This document shows positions 13,323-30,148 of a stretch of 64,000 bases of DNA, piece after piece. A program made the translations under genes and the position numbers. The notes under the pieces are model-generated. The model had not been told where the DNA came from. It saw only the letters and a program-made list of their open reading frames with translations, and ran no database searches. Source of the stretch: Chrysomallon squamiferum (taxonomy: Eukaryota; Animalia; Mollusca). The stretch's first letter is position 1, and the number at the start of each line of letters is the position of its first letter. The stretch is from contig CM022671.1 in assembly GCA_012295275.1 (NCBI GenBank), positions 35,154,001 through 35,218,000 of the forward strand, read 5' to 3'.

Positions 13323-16300
13323 AGTGGTGTATCTATGAACATGGTGTATGCTTGTTAATGTATTTATGTGTCAGGATTTGTATCTGCTAGTATATTTACA
13401 TGTATGGATGTTTGTGCATGTAAGTGCGTTTGTAACGTGTTTTCTTTAAGTGTGCAATTTCTATATTGTAACAAATAACTGAAAAAGTGATTATACGTTA
13501 TTTAAAAAATATATCCACACACAGGCAGCAGCTGGTTACCTAACATGTTCCTAAAAATACTAAAATGCACTGTCATTTGTTCATATTGAAAATGTTTTGA
13601 ATTTCTCAATCACTTATCTGTTACCGTGAGATACATAATATTATTAATCTGACCTACTTTTTCTGTGTTTGTACTGTATTGTTTAATTTTCTGTTTTTAA
13701 ATAACCATTATGTCATTCTCAAGATAAATTAGTGTTTCGATAATTAAATAAAAATAATTTACAGAGATAATAAAAGAGTGACTACAAGAACTGTAAATCA
13801 AACTAAACGTCCATGGATTTTGTTTTATAAGCTTTACGTGCTGGGCTATTTATAGCTGAAATATTACTTGTTTTACTTGTTGACATAGGTATGATAAATA
13901 CGACACATAAAATATTATAATTAATCAATACCAAGGACACAAAACACTCAGATAAACACACTAACATTTGTCAGATTCGTTTTTCAAAGATTCTTCTTCT
14001 TCTTTTTTTCATTTATTTCCAGAAAATATTCTCCATCACAAAATGGCTAACAAAATTGAACATTTTTCTGTCGAAGACGACAGGAACAATCGGAGAAACC
14101 AACAGAGGTACAGCGTGGACTCCACGGACGGGCTCAGGGAGAAGATAAAAGAACAGCTACGCAGACATCGCTACTTGCAGGTTCTATTCTTCTTCATCAT
14201 ACTCAGCATCGACAGCGTTGACCTCATCGCGGACTGGCTGTTCTACACTGACCTCAGCCTGGCACAGCAGGGCCTCGTTTACGGCATTCCTGACCAAAGC
14301 GCGGTCAAAGCTCTGCTGTTCTTCTCCATCGTTGGCTCGATAACCTTCGTCTTTGAGACGGTGAACCTGGGCAAGGAGTTGTTCACCGAGTATCCGTGGT
14401 TCAACACCGACATGATTTCGGCCATTACGATGTGGATCGAAGACATTCCTCAGATAGCGATCAACGTCTACATCTCGCTCTGTCGCGAGGATCCGATCAG
14501 CGTCTTTCAGCTGACTAAGGCCGCAGTCGTCATCCTCGGCATCGTTCTGAGGATCATCATCTCGTCTGTCCGCTACTGCAGCCACGCCAGCCTCGTCGAA
14601 CTCAAGCAGAGGGATGCAGAATCTCGCCGGCACGTCGCCTACCGCGCGTTTATGATGCTCGGCCTCATCATCAACATGGCCGGCGCAGTCGCAATCTTCG
14701 TCTTCACGCAGACCAGCAGGGACCTCAGTGGAAAGGTCATATTCGAAGTTCCCGAAACCATCTTCGAGGACCGTTTCCACGACGACAGGTACTTCAGCAA
14801 CGTCAGTGTATACTTCCACCACCCGACCTTCGACTACGCAGACAGTAATCTGAGCGACACCAGCACCAACTGGATGAGGATAATGGCCATCAACAGCATC
14901 AGGAACCTTCCGGAAAAGGAGATTATGTTTAATTACCAGTTTGAAGATTCGAACTTGGATCTGAAAATGTTGCTGTGGGAAAATCGACGGAGGAAAGAAA
15001 TGGGTTGCTCAGGAATGCTACAGTCTCGTCAAATCAACAAAACAAATGACTCCCGTTTCTCCTTGTGACAGTTCCTTCATCTCAGGAATTTCAATCATCT
15101 TCCAGTTTTCGTTCACCCCTCCAGAAAAAATATTCCGTAAGCTTGTGTTTGGTGACATAGCGTTCAACGTTGTGACGAATCAAACTGGTTCATGTGAGCC
15201 CATCAGTGAAAGCAACATAACCGACGTGATTGTGAATCATTTCTCTGTGCCTGTCGCGGTTCATTACTTCCGCACGACAGTCGGCGAGGCCAACCACGTG
15301 ATCGTCGAAGGAGGGACAGCACGTTTCTATGACAACGAAAGAGATCTGATTGAAATTAGAAAGGTGTGGGAGACTGGGTGGATGAACTGTGAAACAAAGG
15401 GAAGTCTGGCACCCCACCCCGATCCTCAGATTAAACCTCCCTGTGACACAATATAAAACTGAACAGCAGCAAGTCATTTAAAACAGTAGAATTTAGTAAG
15501 TCATTCATACAAATGTAAATCTAGACTTTAGTAAGTCATTCATACAAATGTAAATCTAGACTATACCAAATAATTCATACAAATGTAAATCTAGACTTTA
15601 GTAAATCGTTTATATAAACATAAATCTAATTTTCAGTAAGATATTTAGACTTCAGCAACACATCTAACAGAAGTCTATATTTTAGTATTTTATTTACAGA
15701 AATATATATCTAGACTTTAGTAAGTCATTTATACAAATGTAAATCTAGACTTTAGTAAGTCATTTATATAAAACCCAAATCTACATTTTCTAGGTCTTTA
15801 TATCACAATTTAGAAAAAATTTGAAAATTAAAAGTAGACTGTTACTGCTGTTTCTTGACAAATTTTAAAATCAAAATATCAAATTATTTTTGAAACATGA
15901 TCATAATTTATGATCTTGCTAAGAAAGTAAAAGGTACACATTTATGAATGTTATTTCACAAACACATTCAAGCATTGCCATGTATGGGAAACTTCTCAAA
16001 CTGATGGAAGTTTTGTAAGTGCAAGCAAATTGAAAAACACAAGTCACTCTGACAAACAGACTGGTCAGGTACTGTATGGATTAGAAGCAGTAATCCAGGA
16101 ATAGTGGCCAATGATCTGATCAAGTGTGGATTATATCTGAAATCTGAATAAATACAAACAAAGACTTTTACCAAATTTCTGCAGAAGATTCTGAAGACAA
16201 TTACATCATCTTATTTCATGTCAGAAACTCATCAATCACCAGTAAAAATCTTTCTCTTTCATGGACTTATGATCATCTTTATTTATGTATTTTAAATTAT

Positions 16301-16967
16301 ATATTTTTAGTTATTATATAATATGTGCTAATGTGCTAAGTCTGCCTCTCGAACCCGACTCCTCTAAAACCATGTTATAAGGGAGATAAATCATGTTGAT
16401 ACAGCAAGGGAAACAAATCTAGTTTATACAGGAAGGGAGACAAATCTATTTGATACAGGAAGGTAATAAAACCTAGCTAATATTTGAAAGGTACTGAACA
16501 GAATACCAGTCAAAAATAATAATAATAATAATATGAAACACATGGATAAAAGGAAAATACTGCAGTGGTATATTACATTCACATAACTCAGTGTATGAGT
16601 AAGAAGATGATGGACTCACCACTGTCAGTATTTTCTCGGTGCACTATTGAAGCTTGAGCTGGATCAAAAGCTCCTGTCCTCATGACGTAGTCGGTGTTGA
16701 GTGCCATTGTATTCACCCAGTGACCATGACCCTGTAGAGTTCTACACAACACACCCTATAACAATAAGGAGGAGGTTCAGGGATCAGATTGTGTTACTAC
16801 TGGTCATTAGATATTTATTTAATTGTTTCTTTAAATAATACTGTTAGCAATAACAAATGACATTAATAATATCTGTACAGTATTACAGTCCTTTCTTCTT
16901 TTTTTGTTAATATATTTTAATACATTTATTTTTTTAAATAATGTAACAATTGCTTTTTTTTCATGCA

Positions 16968-17027
<60 letters not shown>

Positions 17028-19936
17028 TTTTATCTTTTTTGTTGAATAATATTGTCAACCTTCGTAATAATAATAATAAATAACAACAGTACTGATGCAT
17101 TTTATAACTGAATAACTGATTGCAGGTTCTGATTATTTTTGTTTTATTATTAAATATATTTTAAATTTTTACTGTATTACTTGTTCATTTTGTTATAAAA
17201 ATTGTGACCATTTTGCTGCATTATTAAATTTCCAGCAAAATCAACAAGAATAGTAGCTCCACAGACAGCAGCACCTACTGGGCTGATACAATGTCTGGGA
17301 ATCCCTGGGGGTCTGCCCACTTCTCACACTGTTATGAGAATTTTTATAGGGCTGCAGGATAAATGTGCTTTCCAAGCTAACAGTAACTCAATTTTGCTTA
17401 TGGCAAGAAAAGGGTTAAACAAGAGAAATTCTTTAAATATTAGTTGGATAGACAACATGTCTTCAGAATCATTACATAACTGATAATTTAGTTTCATGTT
17501 GCAGTCAGAATCCGGTGGTCTTATAGATGAATATTTAGCAGCAAAATTCAGTGGTTAAACAGATGCTTAAAGAAAAAAGGAAAGAAAAAAAGTCAGTGTT
17601 AAACTGTTTTCATGTCTCATTACACTAAAATATTCATTTACTGAAATTTAGTATCAGTGAATAAACATTAACAGTTTAAAAAAATACAAAACAGATTTTA
17701 GAAATCCAAGATGGCTGCTTACGTCTTCTGCTCTCCACACTTTGATGGTTCTGTCCTGTGATGATGTGTACAAAAGATTGGTTCCGCCCCATTTAACACA
17801 CGACACAGACTGGAGGTGACCGGACAGTGTAAGATGACATTGACCTAAAACTGTGTCCCAAATCTTCACTGTACAGTCCTGTAAGAAATTAAAATAATTA
17901 CAAATTAATTTTAATAAAGTTTTTGTTAAATATTTTTGATAATAAACTTTTAAATAAGTTCAAAAACCAGTTCTTTACAATCCCTCATCAAGTCCATTTT
18001 TCTTAATTTGTTGAAGATGTCTGGATGGGTTGGAGACAGAGAGAGCGATACAAACAGAAATATTTTGTTTGGGAGATCAATCCAAAGCACATCTATGTAT
18101 GTTTTAGGATGTTTTTTTATTTGGATATACATTTTTAAATTTTAAAATGAATGTAGTTTACATACAAACAAAAGTTTCTTAATGAAAAGGATACAATATC
18201 TGCTTTCTTTAACACTAAAAACTGGAAGATAACAGAAACTCTAGAATTACGCAGACAAATTCAAACATTCAGTGATTTATAAGCATGAATGACTAAGTGA
18301 TTTGTCAAACCAGTGATTGGTTTTATATGTTCTGTGTCCTTTCACTGCTAAACTTTTATTTAAAATTAATTGCTCTGACTGACTAGATGAAGAAACACAC
18401 ACCTTTGAAGAGCTTGCCAAATACCTGCAATCTGGATCTCTGAAATTAAAAAAATACCATCAATGTTATAATCAGATCAAACACAACTGGTTAAAAGTTC
18501 AAAGGTTGTAACATTAAAATTTATTATTTATTAAATCATAAGTCATGACTCATTAGGTTGTATCCATTTGAAATAAGTGATTATGAAATGTTGATTGAAA
18601 GTGTATTTAAATAATATCTTGATATTAACTGAAAAAAAAAAAAGATTTTCATTTGTAAATATTGATTTGTTATGGTGAATTAACAGTTTACAAAAGAAAA
18701 AAAATGAAGAATAAAATTAAAAAAAATTTTAAATTTAAAAAACTATACAGATGTAATGGTTTCCATGACAACCAAGTGATCCACTGTTTATGACCAATCA
18801 GAGTGCTTCCTATCTGTTTGCCCGAACCTGGATCCCAGATGCAGATTTGACTATTTTTACATCCCGAGGCCAGTTTGCGACCATCAGGAGACCAGCTGAT
18901 ACTGAGAATCCAGTGTCGGTGACCTGCAGACAGAAACATTCAAAAAACTTACAGTAGTTTCAAAAATAAATAAATAAACTGAAGTTAGTTTGGCATCTCA
19001 TTAAGGTGTTTTATACATTCCATGTCTTAAATCAAACATTTTCCATTAGAAATCTGCTTTAGCAAGCCATCAGATATTATAAAAATATCGATGAAGCTTA
19101 AAAAAAAAAAAGAAGAAAGAGAACTGCATAAACAAATGCAAAACACAGCTGCAAATTCCAAAGCATATTACATTCAATCAGGATAATTTTTAAAAACTGG
19201 TTATCCATTTTTGCTGTTTAATGTTTGTTTACCTTTGCAAGTGAACTGAGGAGTTTCTGTGTTGACATCCCAAAACCTGATTGTTGTATCTCCTGATCCA
19301 CTAGCCAAGTATCTGAATATTTTAAAAAAATCTTTAAATCTAAGAAATATGCCAATGTGATATTCACACACACACTTTTGTACATTCTTCTCAATTAGTT
19401 ATTCTCTTTCATTCATTTCATTATTCAGTCTTTTCTTTACCTCTCATTCTTTCACTCTTTCTCTCAGTCACTCACATATATTGTTTATAACGAATAACAA
19501 AATATCAATGCAACACTAAAATTAAATGATAATAGTAATAACAATAATAATAATAATAATGACAATAACAATAAAATTAATAATAATAATAATCATAATA
19601 ATAATGACAATAAAATTAATAAATTAATAATGATAATAATAATAATGACAGTAAAATTAATAATGATAATAATGATAATAATAATGACAATAATAATAAT
19701 GACAGTAACAATAATGACAATAACAATGACAATAACAATAAAATTAATAATAATAATAATAATGACAATAACAATATAATTAATAATGATAATAATAATG
19801 ACAATAATGAATAAAATTAATAATAATAATAATAATAATGACAATAAAATAAAAAATAATATAATAATAATGACAATAAAATTAATAATAATAATAATAA
19901 TAAAAATGACAATAACAATAATGACAATAACAATAA

Positions 19937-19986
<50 letters not shown>

Positions 19987-21110
19987 CAAATTTTTTTATA
20001 AAAATAATAACAATAACAATAACAATGGTAACAACAACAACAACAACAGCAATCAGAAACCTGCCATCAGGACTGAATGAGGCTGCTATGACTGCGTCAG
20101 CGTGTCCTTCGATGGAGCTGGTGCAGCGAGTGACCGCTCGGACATGAAACACGGCCTGTGGCTGATAGATAATCTCTACAACCTGCTCCGTGTTTTCCAG
20201 ATCCTCAGTACTCAGGGCACCTGACAAACTGTCCAGTATCTCAGTGTCCTTAACAAAGAATGAGTAGGGAATTGTCTCCTCCTGTTTGAAGAAACAAAAC
20301 AGCACAGTGAATGTTTATTTAATAACAGTTCAAATATATCCTTTATTTTAATTTTTTCTTTTTTTTTTTAAATATGTGTGTCATATATAGAAATTATTTT
20401 TAAATAAAATGTGTATTATGTCCTACTTTTTGAAGAATGGCATTGCAGACAAGTTGAAGTTTATCCACAGTGATGTCAATGGGTAGATCAAATGGAGTTC
20501 CAATAACTTCCCCATTTTCACTCTTAAACTGAGCTAGCAGACGTTTTCCATCATCACCAGCAGCTTGATCCTCATCAACACTACGAATAATATCAATAAA
20601 AAGGTTTTGTAAAATTCTGAAAATATTTTATTCATCACATAACAGAAGATGATAAAAATAACAACATTTATGCTAATATTAAAACCTAGCCTTCAAATAT
20701 TTTGAAAGTTCTTGTTACTGATGAAATGAATAAATATTCTTCTGTGATTATATTATAGTGACAGTCATAATTATGAAAATGTAACATTATTTAATACTAA
20801 CACTTTAACAGTAACACTAACAGTAACAGTAAATGAGTAATTGAAACTATCACCTTTTATTCTGAACAGTGATCAAAGTTAATAATCAAGATCGCAGTAA
20901 CAAAATAACAGTATAAATATTAATGATAATATTATCATTTATCAATTTATGAGGTTTTTAACTTTATAGTTTACCGACCTTATTAAAATTAATGATTCAA
21001 TGATTAAGTACGATTATTTTCTGATAACTGATAAAGTTCATTTTGACCATGTGTATTAAAATAATTTAATTTCCTTAATATACAAATAAAAACAAAATTT
21101 CCCACCTCAT
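5971..21110 (-). CDS. NLE1: Notchless homolog 1 (NLE ubiquitin-like domain + WD40 repeats; 60S ribosome biogenesis factor, Rsa4 ortholog)
   Basis: Thirteen GT-AG exons join in phase: 21110-21106, 20580-20427, 20281-20061, 19312-19233, 18923-18749, 18439-18403, 17878-17723, 16755-16620, 11467-11421, 10536-10334, 9611-9452, 8110-8040, 5983-5971. Total 1458 nt = 485 aa + stop. Diagnostic peptides: [86 protein letters not shown]. Confidence 0.97.
6353..6760 (-). ncRNA. Candidate telomerase RNA (structured intronic ncRNA in the last NLE1 intron)
   Basis: Order on the minus strand: template-like ACCUAACC (6734-6727); long irregular helix 6710-6613 with a U-rich loop; pseudoknot pairing GGUUUA (6660-6655) with UAAACU (6602-6597); CR4/5-like three-way junction 6560-6486 with A-AGAG-UUAU-CUCU-G (6518-6505); further hairpins; U7 tract at 6398-6392. 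The ends are complementary (AAAGAGAGAG / UUCUCUCUUU). Folded by eye only; boundaries approximate. Confidence 0.55.
6770..7165. repeat. Degenerate tandem repeat (mostly ~70-85 bp spacing, ~6 units)
   Basis: The core TCTAACATACTAACACAAC, or variants of it, recurs at ~6773, 6859, 6931, 7008, 7093 and 7141. Each copy is followed by a CT-rich stretch. Confidence 0.6.
7565..7723. repeat. Imperfect fold-back (MITE-like palindrome)
   Basis: Nested inverted arms: TCGTTAGC/GCTAACGA, CTCGAG/CTTGAG, AAGGGAAATAACTCC/GGAGTTACTTCCCTT. Confidence 0.5.
8480..9440. repeat. (TAT/TAC/TGT)n compound trinucleotide microsatellite, NLE1 intron 11
   Basis: Directly visible; it generates the poly-Y/L/I ORFs in the track. 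Confidence 0.95.
9644..9878. repeat. (CA)n/(CAGA)n microsatellite
   Basis: Directly visible. Confidence 0.95.
12345..13060. repeat. Compound (AAT/AGT/AGC)n array with a ~175-bp higher-order period
   Basis: The spacer AATATGCAACTTAACCATTATATCTTTAATAAT recurs at ~12533, ~12706 and (diverged) ~12889. Confidence 0.85.
14043..15456 (+). CDS. Nested intronless multi-pass membrane protein (~470 aa if a 1-nt frameshift at 14977-14983 is corrected), antisense within NLE1 intron 8
   Basis: A splice acceptor ends at 14022 and the ATG is at 14043 (MANKIEHF...). Codons are GC3-rich. There are about five hydrophobic segments ([72 protein letters not shown]), then a Cys-containing soluble domain. Removing one base from TGGGAAAATC joins ORF 13968-15068 to the frame of ORF 15046-15456 (...LLW[E/K][15 protein letters not shown]...KPPCDTI*). 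Confidence 0.8.
15492..15790. repeat. 35-bp tandem repeat just downstream of the nested gene's stop codon
   Basis: Unit TTTAGTAAGTCATTCATACAAATGTAAATCTAGAC, with several near-perfect and several degenerate copies. Confidence 0.9.
16379..16478. repeat. 27-bp tandem repeat (3-4 copies) built on the AAGGGAGATAA motif
   Basis: AAGGGAGATAAATCATGTTGATACAGC / AAGGGAAACAAATCTAGTTTATACAGG / AAGGGAGACAAATCTATTTGATACAGG. Confidence 0.75.
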
Positions 21111-22759
21111 AATTTAGTTTAAAAAAAGATCTCGAATTTATGTTAACTTATTTAGCACGTGTTTATGTTTTCATCGTTCCACAACGTTAGACTGATATTC
21201 CTCTTCGCCAACGTTTATATCAACTTACAGCGGAACTCATTTATAAAAACGATGTACTACTACAAGACTGTAGACCAATCAACAGTCACTACCTAAAACA
21301 GCGCCTTTTATCAAATATGTTCAGTTGTATTAGTAACCCTTGTAGGGCGACACAAATAGTAAAACAATTTGAAATAACAACAACAATAATAATCGTTCAT
21401 GCAAGAAATCATTTGATGTTTAACACTGACTTAGTATCTGATTCACCTTCAAGGATTACAAATGGTTATCAGACAAAAGATGTTAAAAAAAATTTATAAT
21501 AATAAAATAAAATAAAATAAGTAAAATAAAAAATAAATAAATTTACAGATAAATATAATATTGCAATATAGGTTTATTTAAAAATAATCAAAGAAAAAAA
21601 GCAGAATAGCGTTTTATATGCCACTAATTTGACTAAAACACAGCTCTAAGAGTAATTCAAGGGCGATTTTATGTGGTATCTGCATTTGAATAATTTCTTA
21701 GTAATAAAATGATTAAATGCCCCGTTGACAGCAAAACCAAACCCAACATTTTCTGCCCATGGATAGTTATTAATCTTATTATATATAGAGTCAAAGTATA
21801 AATATATGAAACTGCTATATATATAATCTTGATTGTATTGTTTCTCTTAATATCATTTTAGGTTCAAATTCTTCTACAGGGTCCAACTGTGTTAAAATTT
21901 TCAGCATATATGAACACATTAATTTATTTGACTTGTTGCATTGTCTTCTGTTAACAAACTCACATCCAATTATCCTAGAAGGTTGTAAACATTTGATATC
22001 TTTTATTTGCAAAGTAATTAAGACTACCACAGTAATGCAAAAATATTTTTATGATTTTTTTTTTTTTTTTTTTTAAAACGAAAAAAAAAAGTTTTTCTAT
22101 TCAGTGCTCATACTAGCACATGTACCTTTTTTTTGAGCTTACAATTTGCCAAAGGCATATTGTATTAAACCAGGATTACTCAACACAAATCTGCATATAA
22201 TCCGACAGGTCGTATTTCCACTTTTAATGGATTAACATCTGCAGGTGTTCACCACGTAGAATACCATTACTACTGCCATACCAAACATTGTTCTTCGAGA
22301 CTAATGACTTTCAATTTATATTTACAAAATACAGGTATGACTGTTGAAAACTGGAAATGGTTCTGAAATTGATTGAATGATTTATTAATGCTGCTTTTAA
22401 TAATTTACACTAACTTTTTACTTTTTTAAATCCTAGTTATGTTTTTAAAATTTAAGAAAGAATAAAAAAACTAATCTTCTTATCTTTAATAATGCAACAA
22501 GAGGACTTTATTACTGCTAAAAAGCCAGTTTGCCTGATTACACAGCAGTTGTAACCAGTTATAATTAGAACAACTTCTTTTTGTTTAGTATATACTCAGT
22601 ACATAACCATGTACCAAGAAAGTCAGTGTAAAATTTCCCTTCTGAATAAGATTGTTCATTTTGAGAAACATTTCTCCTAGTGTAAAATAATTGATAAATA
22701 TAACACCAAGACAATTGAAAGTTTTTATATTTTTTTATTTTCTTCTGGATGTTGTTACG

Positions 22760-26390
<3,631 letters not shown>

Positions 26391-26398
26391 GTTGCCGT

Positions 26399-26408
26399 AA
26401 AAAGGAAG
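26399..26408 (-). promoter_or_regulatory. 5' TOP / TCT initiator of RPL23A
   Basis: CTTCCTTTTT ends 8 nt upstream of the ATG, as is typical of ribosomal protein genes. Confidence 0.8.
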
Positions 26409-26678
26409 TGTGGGGTTTACACGATCTCCGTGCAAAGAATCTGTTTCCGGTTAATTTGTCCATTCAAGAGTCACCATGACCAATCAATGCTACCTTCCTA
26501 TGATGGCAAAAAGAATATAAATGAACAACAAAAAATATTAATTAGTTCCGTTTGAAATATATCCTTTTTTTTTAATTGCTGCACATTTTGATATATCTGA
26601 AGTAAAAAAAACCAAACAAACAATAAAACCAAACAATATCTCAATAATATCCATATGTTAAATAAGTAAATAAATAAC

Positions 26679-26723
<45 letters not shown>

Positions 26724-27659
26724 AAGTAAAATTCATGAGAAACGGTCCAAGTGTTTTGCTTGAAACAATTATATAATCAATGCTTGTGTCTTCAAAGACA
26801 GGGTTTGAACTTATGGAACATATAATGATATACAGACTGGGCGAAAAACTGCGGCACTAATTTTTTTATTTATTTATTTTTTAATTCACTGATTTATTTC
26901 TTATTTTCTTATTATTTATGTCTTTATTTTTACGTTTACATTTACTTTAAGGATATCTTATTAGAAAGATAATAATTAACGAAATACTCTGGGAATGGAG
27001 TTTAGATTTACCAGAATCATGAATCTTGATACTCCGAAAATTGACAAGAAACTCATGAAACCCTTTTTCAGGATATAGTTATGTAACATAATACATGAAT
27101 TCCATACACCCTTTTTGGTTGTCTAGTGGTTCTTTACTTATATTAACAGTCCATTTATTTCCTGTTCCGGTAAAATGATAAATTCCATGTGCCAATAACA
27201 TCAATAGGTATTTTTATTACGTTCTCTAAAAGGAAGTTAAGGCAAAAGATTGATTTAGGAAACATATTGCAAAAACAACCTGAGACAATCGGATAAAATG
27301 GTTTTGTAATTTTATAATAATAAACGTAATTAATATTTTCGTTTTATACAGATTTGACTGATGAATCTCAGGTCAATTTATAATTTTAAAGCAGTAAAGT
27401 ATTAATATAGATTAACTTTAAAGGATTTGTAGAAATTTATATATATATATATAAAAAAAAAAAAAAAAAAAATTCATCTGTATATAGTTAGTTGAGTGTT
27501 GACAAGTTGTGAACTAAAATTTGTTAATTAAACAGCCTACTCAGCTAATAATAATATAAATATTATAAATATAGTATAATTTTATATTACTATTTTATTC
27601 TTATATACAGGTATGGAATAATCAGATGACTTGTTCATTTGTTTAGTTGTGTCAAACTG
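26409..27659. promoter_or_regulatory. Divergent promoter / 5' UTR region shared by RPL23A and the Rab34-like gene
   Basis: The two start codons are head-to-head, ~1.27 kb apart. Ets-like TTCCGG motifs occur at ~26445 and ~27165. Confidence 0.55.
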
Positions 27660-27955
27660 ATGTCGGCTGGTCGAATTATGCTTTCACACGTTGCCAAGGA
27701 TCGAGTTGTTTCAAAATTTCCTCAGGTCAGTACAAACTTCAGTATCTTTTCAGTTAGTTAAAACAAAAATGAATACAAACAAAGAATCAACAGTAACCCC
27801 CAAACAACAACAAACAAACAAACAAAAACAACAAAAAAAAACATCCAAAAAGCCTTCTCAAACCCTCCCCAACAAAACAACAGCAGTAATAAATAAATAA
27901 AACACCAAAAATGAAAACAACTACAAAGCAAACAATATGTACAATAAAAACAATA

Positions 27956-27986
<31 letters not shown>

Positions 27987-30096
27987 ATTATGTTAAATTT
28001 ATTTGAACAGTAAATGGACCATAAGGGTTTTGTTTCCATTGTTTATGATTTGAAAATAAATACAAGCAATGAAATTTAATTCTAGAAATTATATAGCTGT
28101 ATTATTCTCTAGCTCTGTGTGGAATGAAATATAAATGTTACATTTGTATGTAATAAGGCAACCAACTGCATTTTCCCATGCACACCAGCAGAACTAATAA
28201 TGATTTTTCTTCAGTTATTGGAGGAAGGGAGATAACTTCAGTCTGTTTCAAAATGGATTATAAATCAATGAATATTAAATTTGATTAACTATACATAAGT
28301 AAATCTTAATGATAATGTCATAAATTATTTAATGATAATGTTTTTGAAAGATTTGTTTTAATGTAATTTTACAAGGAATCAAAAATCCTTTCCACAACTT
28401 TTGATAACCAGTTGTTGCCTCAGGTTAATAATAATCAGAAGAGGAAATAGAATTTTATTTCTGTTATTTATTTTTTTTTTTTTTAAACTTGTTGATGTTT
28501 ATTTAAAAGGCATTTCATCCTGATGCCACCCCATATCCAAAAATCAACTTCCATCCAAAAGTGAAAGCTGCTGCTTCAGAAAGCAGGACTGGGAGAGTCG
28601 GGTAAGAATTGTGTCTTGTTTATCATGTGTTTAATAATAATAATTATATTCAGTTATGTTGTGATAGATTGTTGTTGACATATTGTAGTAAAAGGTTCCT
28701 TAGACAGATTTAAAAACAAGTATTGGTATTGAAGTCAGAAGTTTTAAATGACCTATTTAACAAAAAACCCAGTCCTTGTATCTGTTACGTTTTTATTTCT
28801 CGCTCCCACCTTTTAAATCTCTCCTCCCAAAATATTTTATTTAATATTTTTAATTATTAATTAGATTCAAATAATTTTAAAATATTTCATCTGGAAATGC
28901 ATCCTAGTGAGAGGATGTTTTTATTTTAGTAGAATTGAGCCTTAGAAAGTTGAGATAAGATAAGAAGCTAGTGCAGGAGATGACTCATATTTCTTTGTTT
29001 TTTAATTTTTTCTCCCTCTTTGTTCTTATTTTCTGCTTCTATTTTTATCAGTTTCATATGGTGATAATAAATATAAGAAATATAAACACTTACTCTTTTC
29101 AGGTTAAAGATTTGTAAAGCTGTTTTTGTTGGTGATGTTGCAGTAGGAAAAACAAGTTTAGTAAACAGGTACATTAAAATACAGACACCCCCCACCCCCA
29201 GAAGGATAAAAGAAAAAATTAAATAATTATTCTGTCAAAATATCAATTTGCTGTATCAGTATGTGTTATTCTGCTCTTACTACAGTTGTTGTTTGTTTTT
29301 ATTTATTATTTTTATTATTTAAAAAAAAACAAAAATAAAACTGCCAAACAGTGTAACTTACTTAGTGATAGGACAAATAATGGTAAGTGGTAAATATCTG
29401 TAGTTTGCAGTTGTATGATGTTTTGAAGTGAAGAAGGCAGCTGTGTAAGAATAATGTTTTACGTGTTTGTCTCATTCTTCAATCATTCAAATATAATCAC
29501 AATTAGATATATAATCAAAACAATTTTTATTTTTTTTGAATTTTTATTTTGAGCACATGACTCGAAAGAACTATTGTATATTTTTGAATTTTCAGATTCT
29601 CTCATGATGTTTTTGATCGGGACTATAAAGCAACTATTGGAGTAGATTTTGAAGTTGAGAAATTTTTAATTCTTGACACCCCTTTCACATTACAAATGTA
29701 AGCAGTTTTGTTGGTTGTGTACATTTGTCTTAAGTGCATGTATTTATTTATGTATTCAAATTATTTTTTATTGTTATTATATATTTTGAAGTTAAAAAGT
29801 AAATCGTTTTTGAAAAAAATTCAGTTTTTTCTAACTTTGTAACTAAATTACTATTTAAATTTATTAAGAATTGTTTTTTCTTTAATTTTAATTTATTTTA
29901 GATGGGACACTGCTGGGCAGGAAAGATTTAAATGTATTGCGGCTTCTTACTATAGAGGTGCCAATGGTAAGTTTATTATTGTTGTTGTTATTGTTATTGT
30001 TACTATTTTTGTTGTTCTTTTTATTATTATTTTTTGTTGTTCTTTTTATTATTAGCAGTTTTATGTTGTATGTGCTAGTAAACATTTCAACATTTT

Positions 30097-30148
<52 letters not shown>

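Noticed and set aside
14184-14822. 212-aa minus-strand ORF
   Set aside because: It is the antisense shadow of the GC3-rich nested gene and has no recognisable motif.
11094-17418. TTAACCCTTTT ... AAAAGGGTTAA as the ends of one piggyBac element carrying the nested gene
   Set aside because: The match is only 11 bp and the span contains two essential NLE1 exons. These are more likely ends of separate small elements; the UAACCCU there also lacks telomerase-RNA domains.
21317-22340. Short ORFs between RPL23A and NLE1
   Set aside because: No consistent splice structure or recognisable protein; probably promoter/intergenic sequence.
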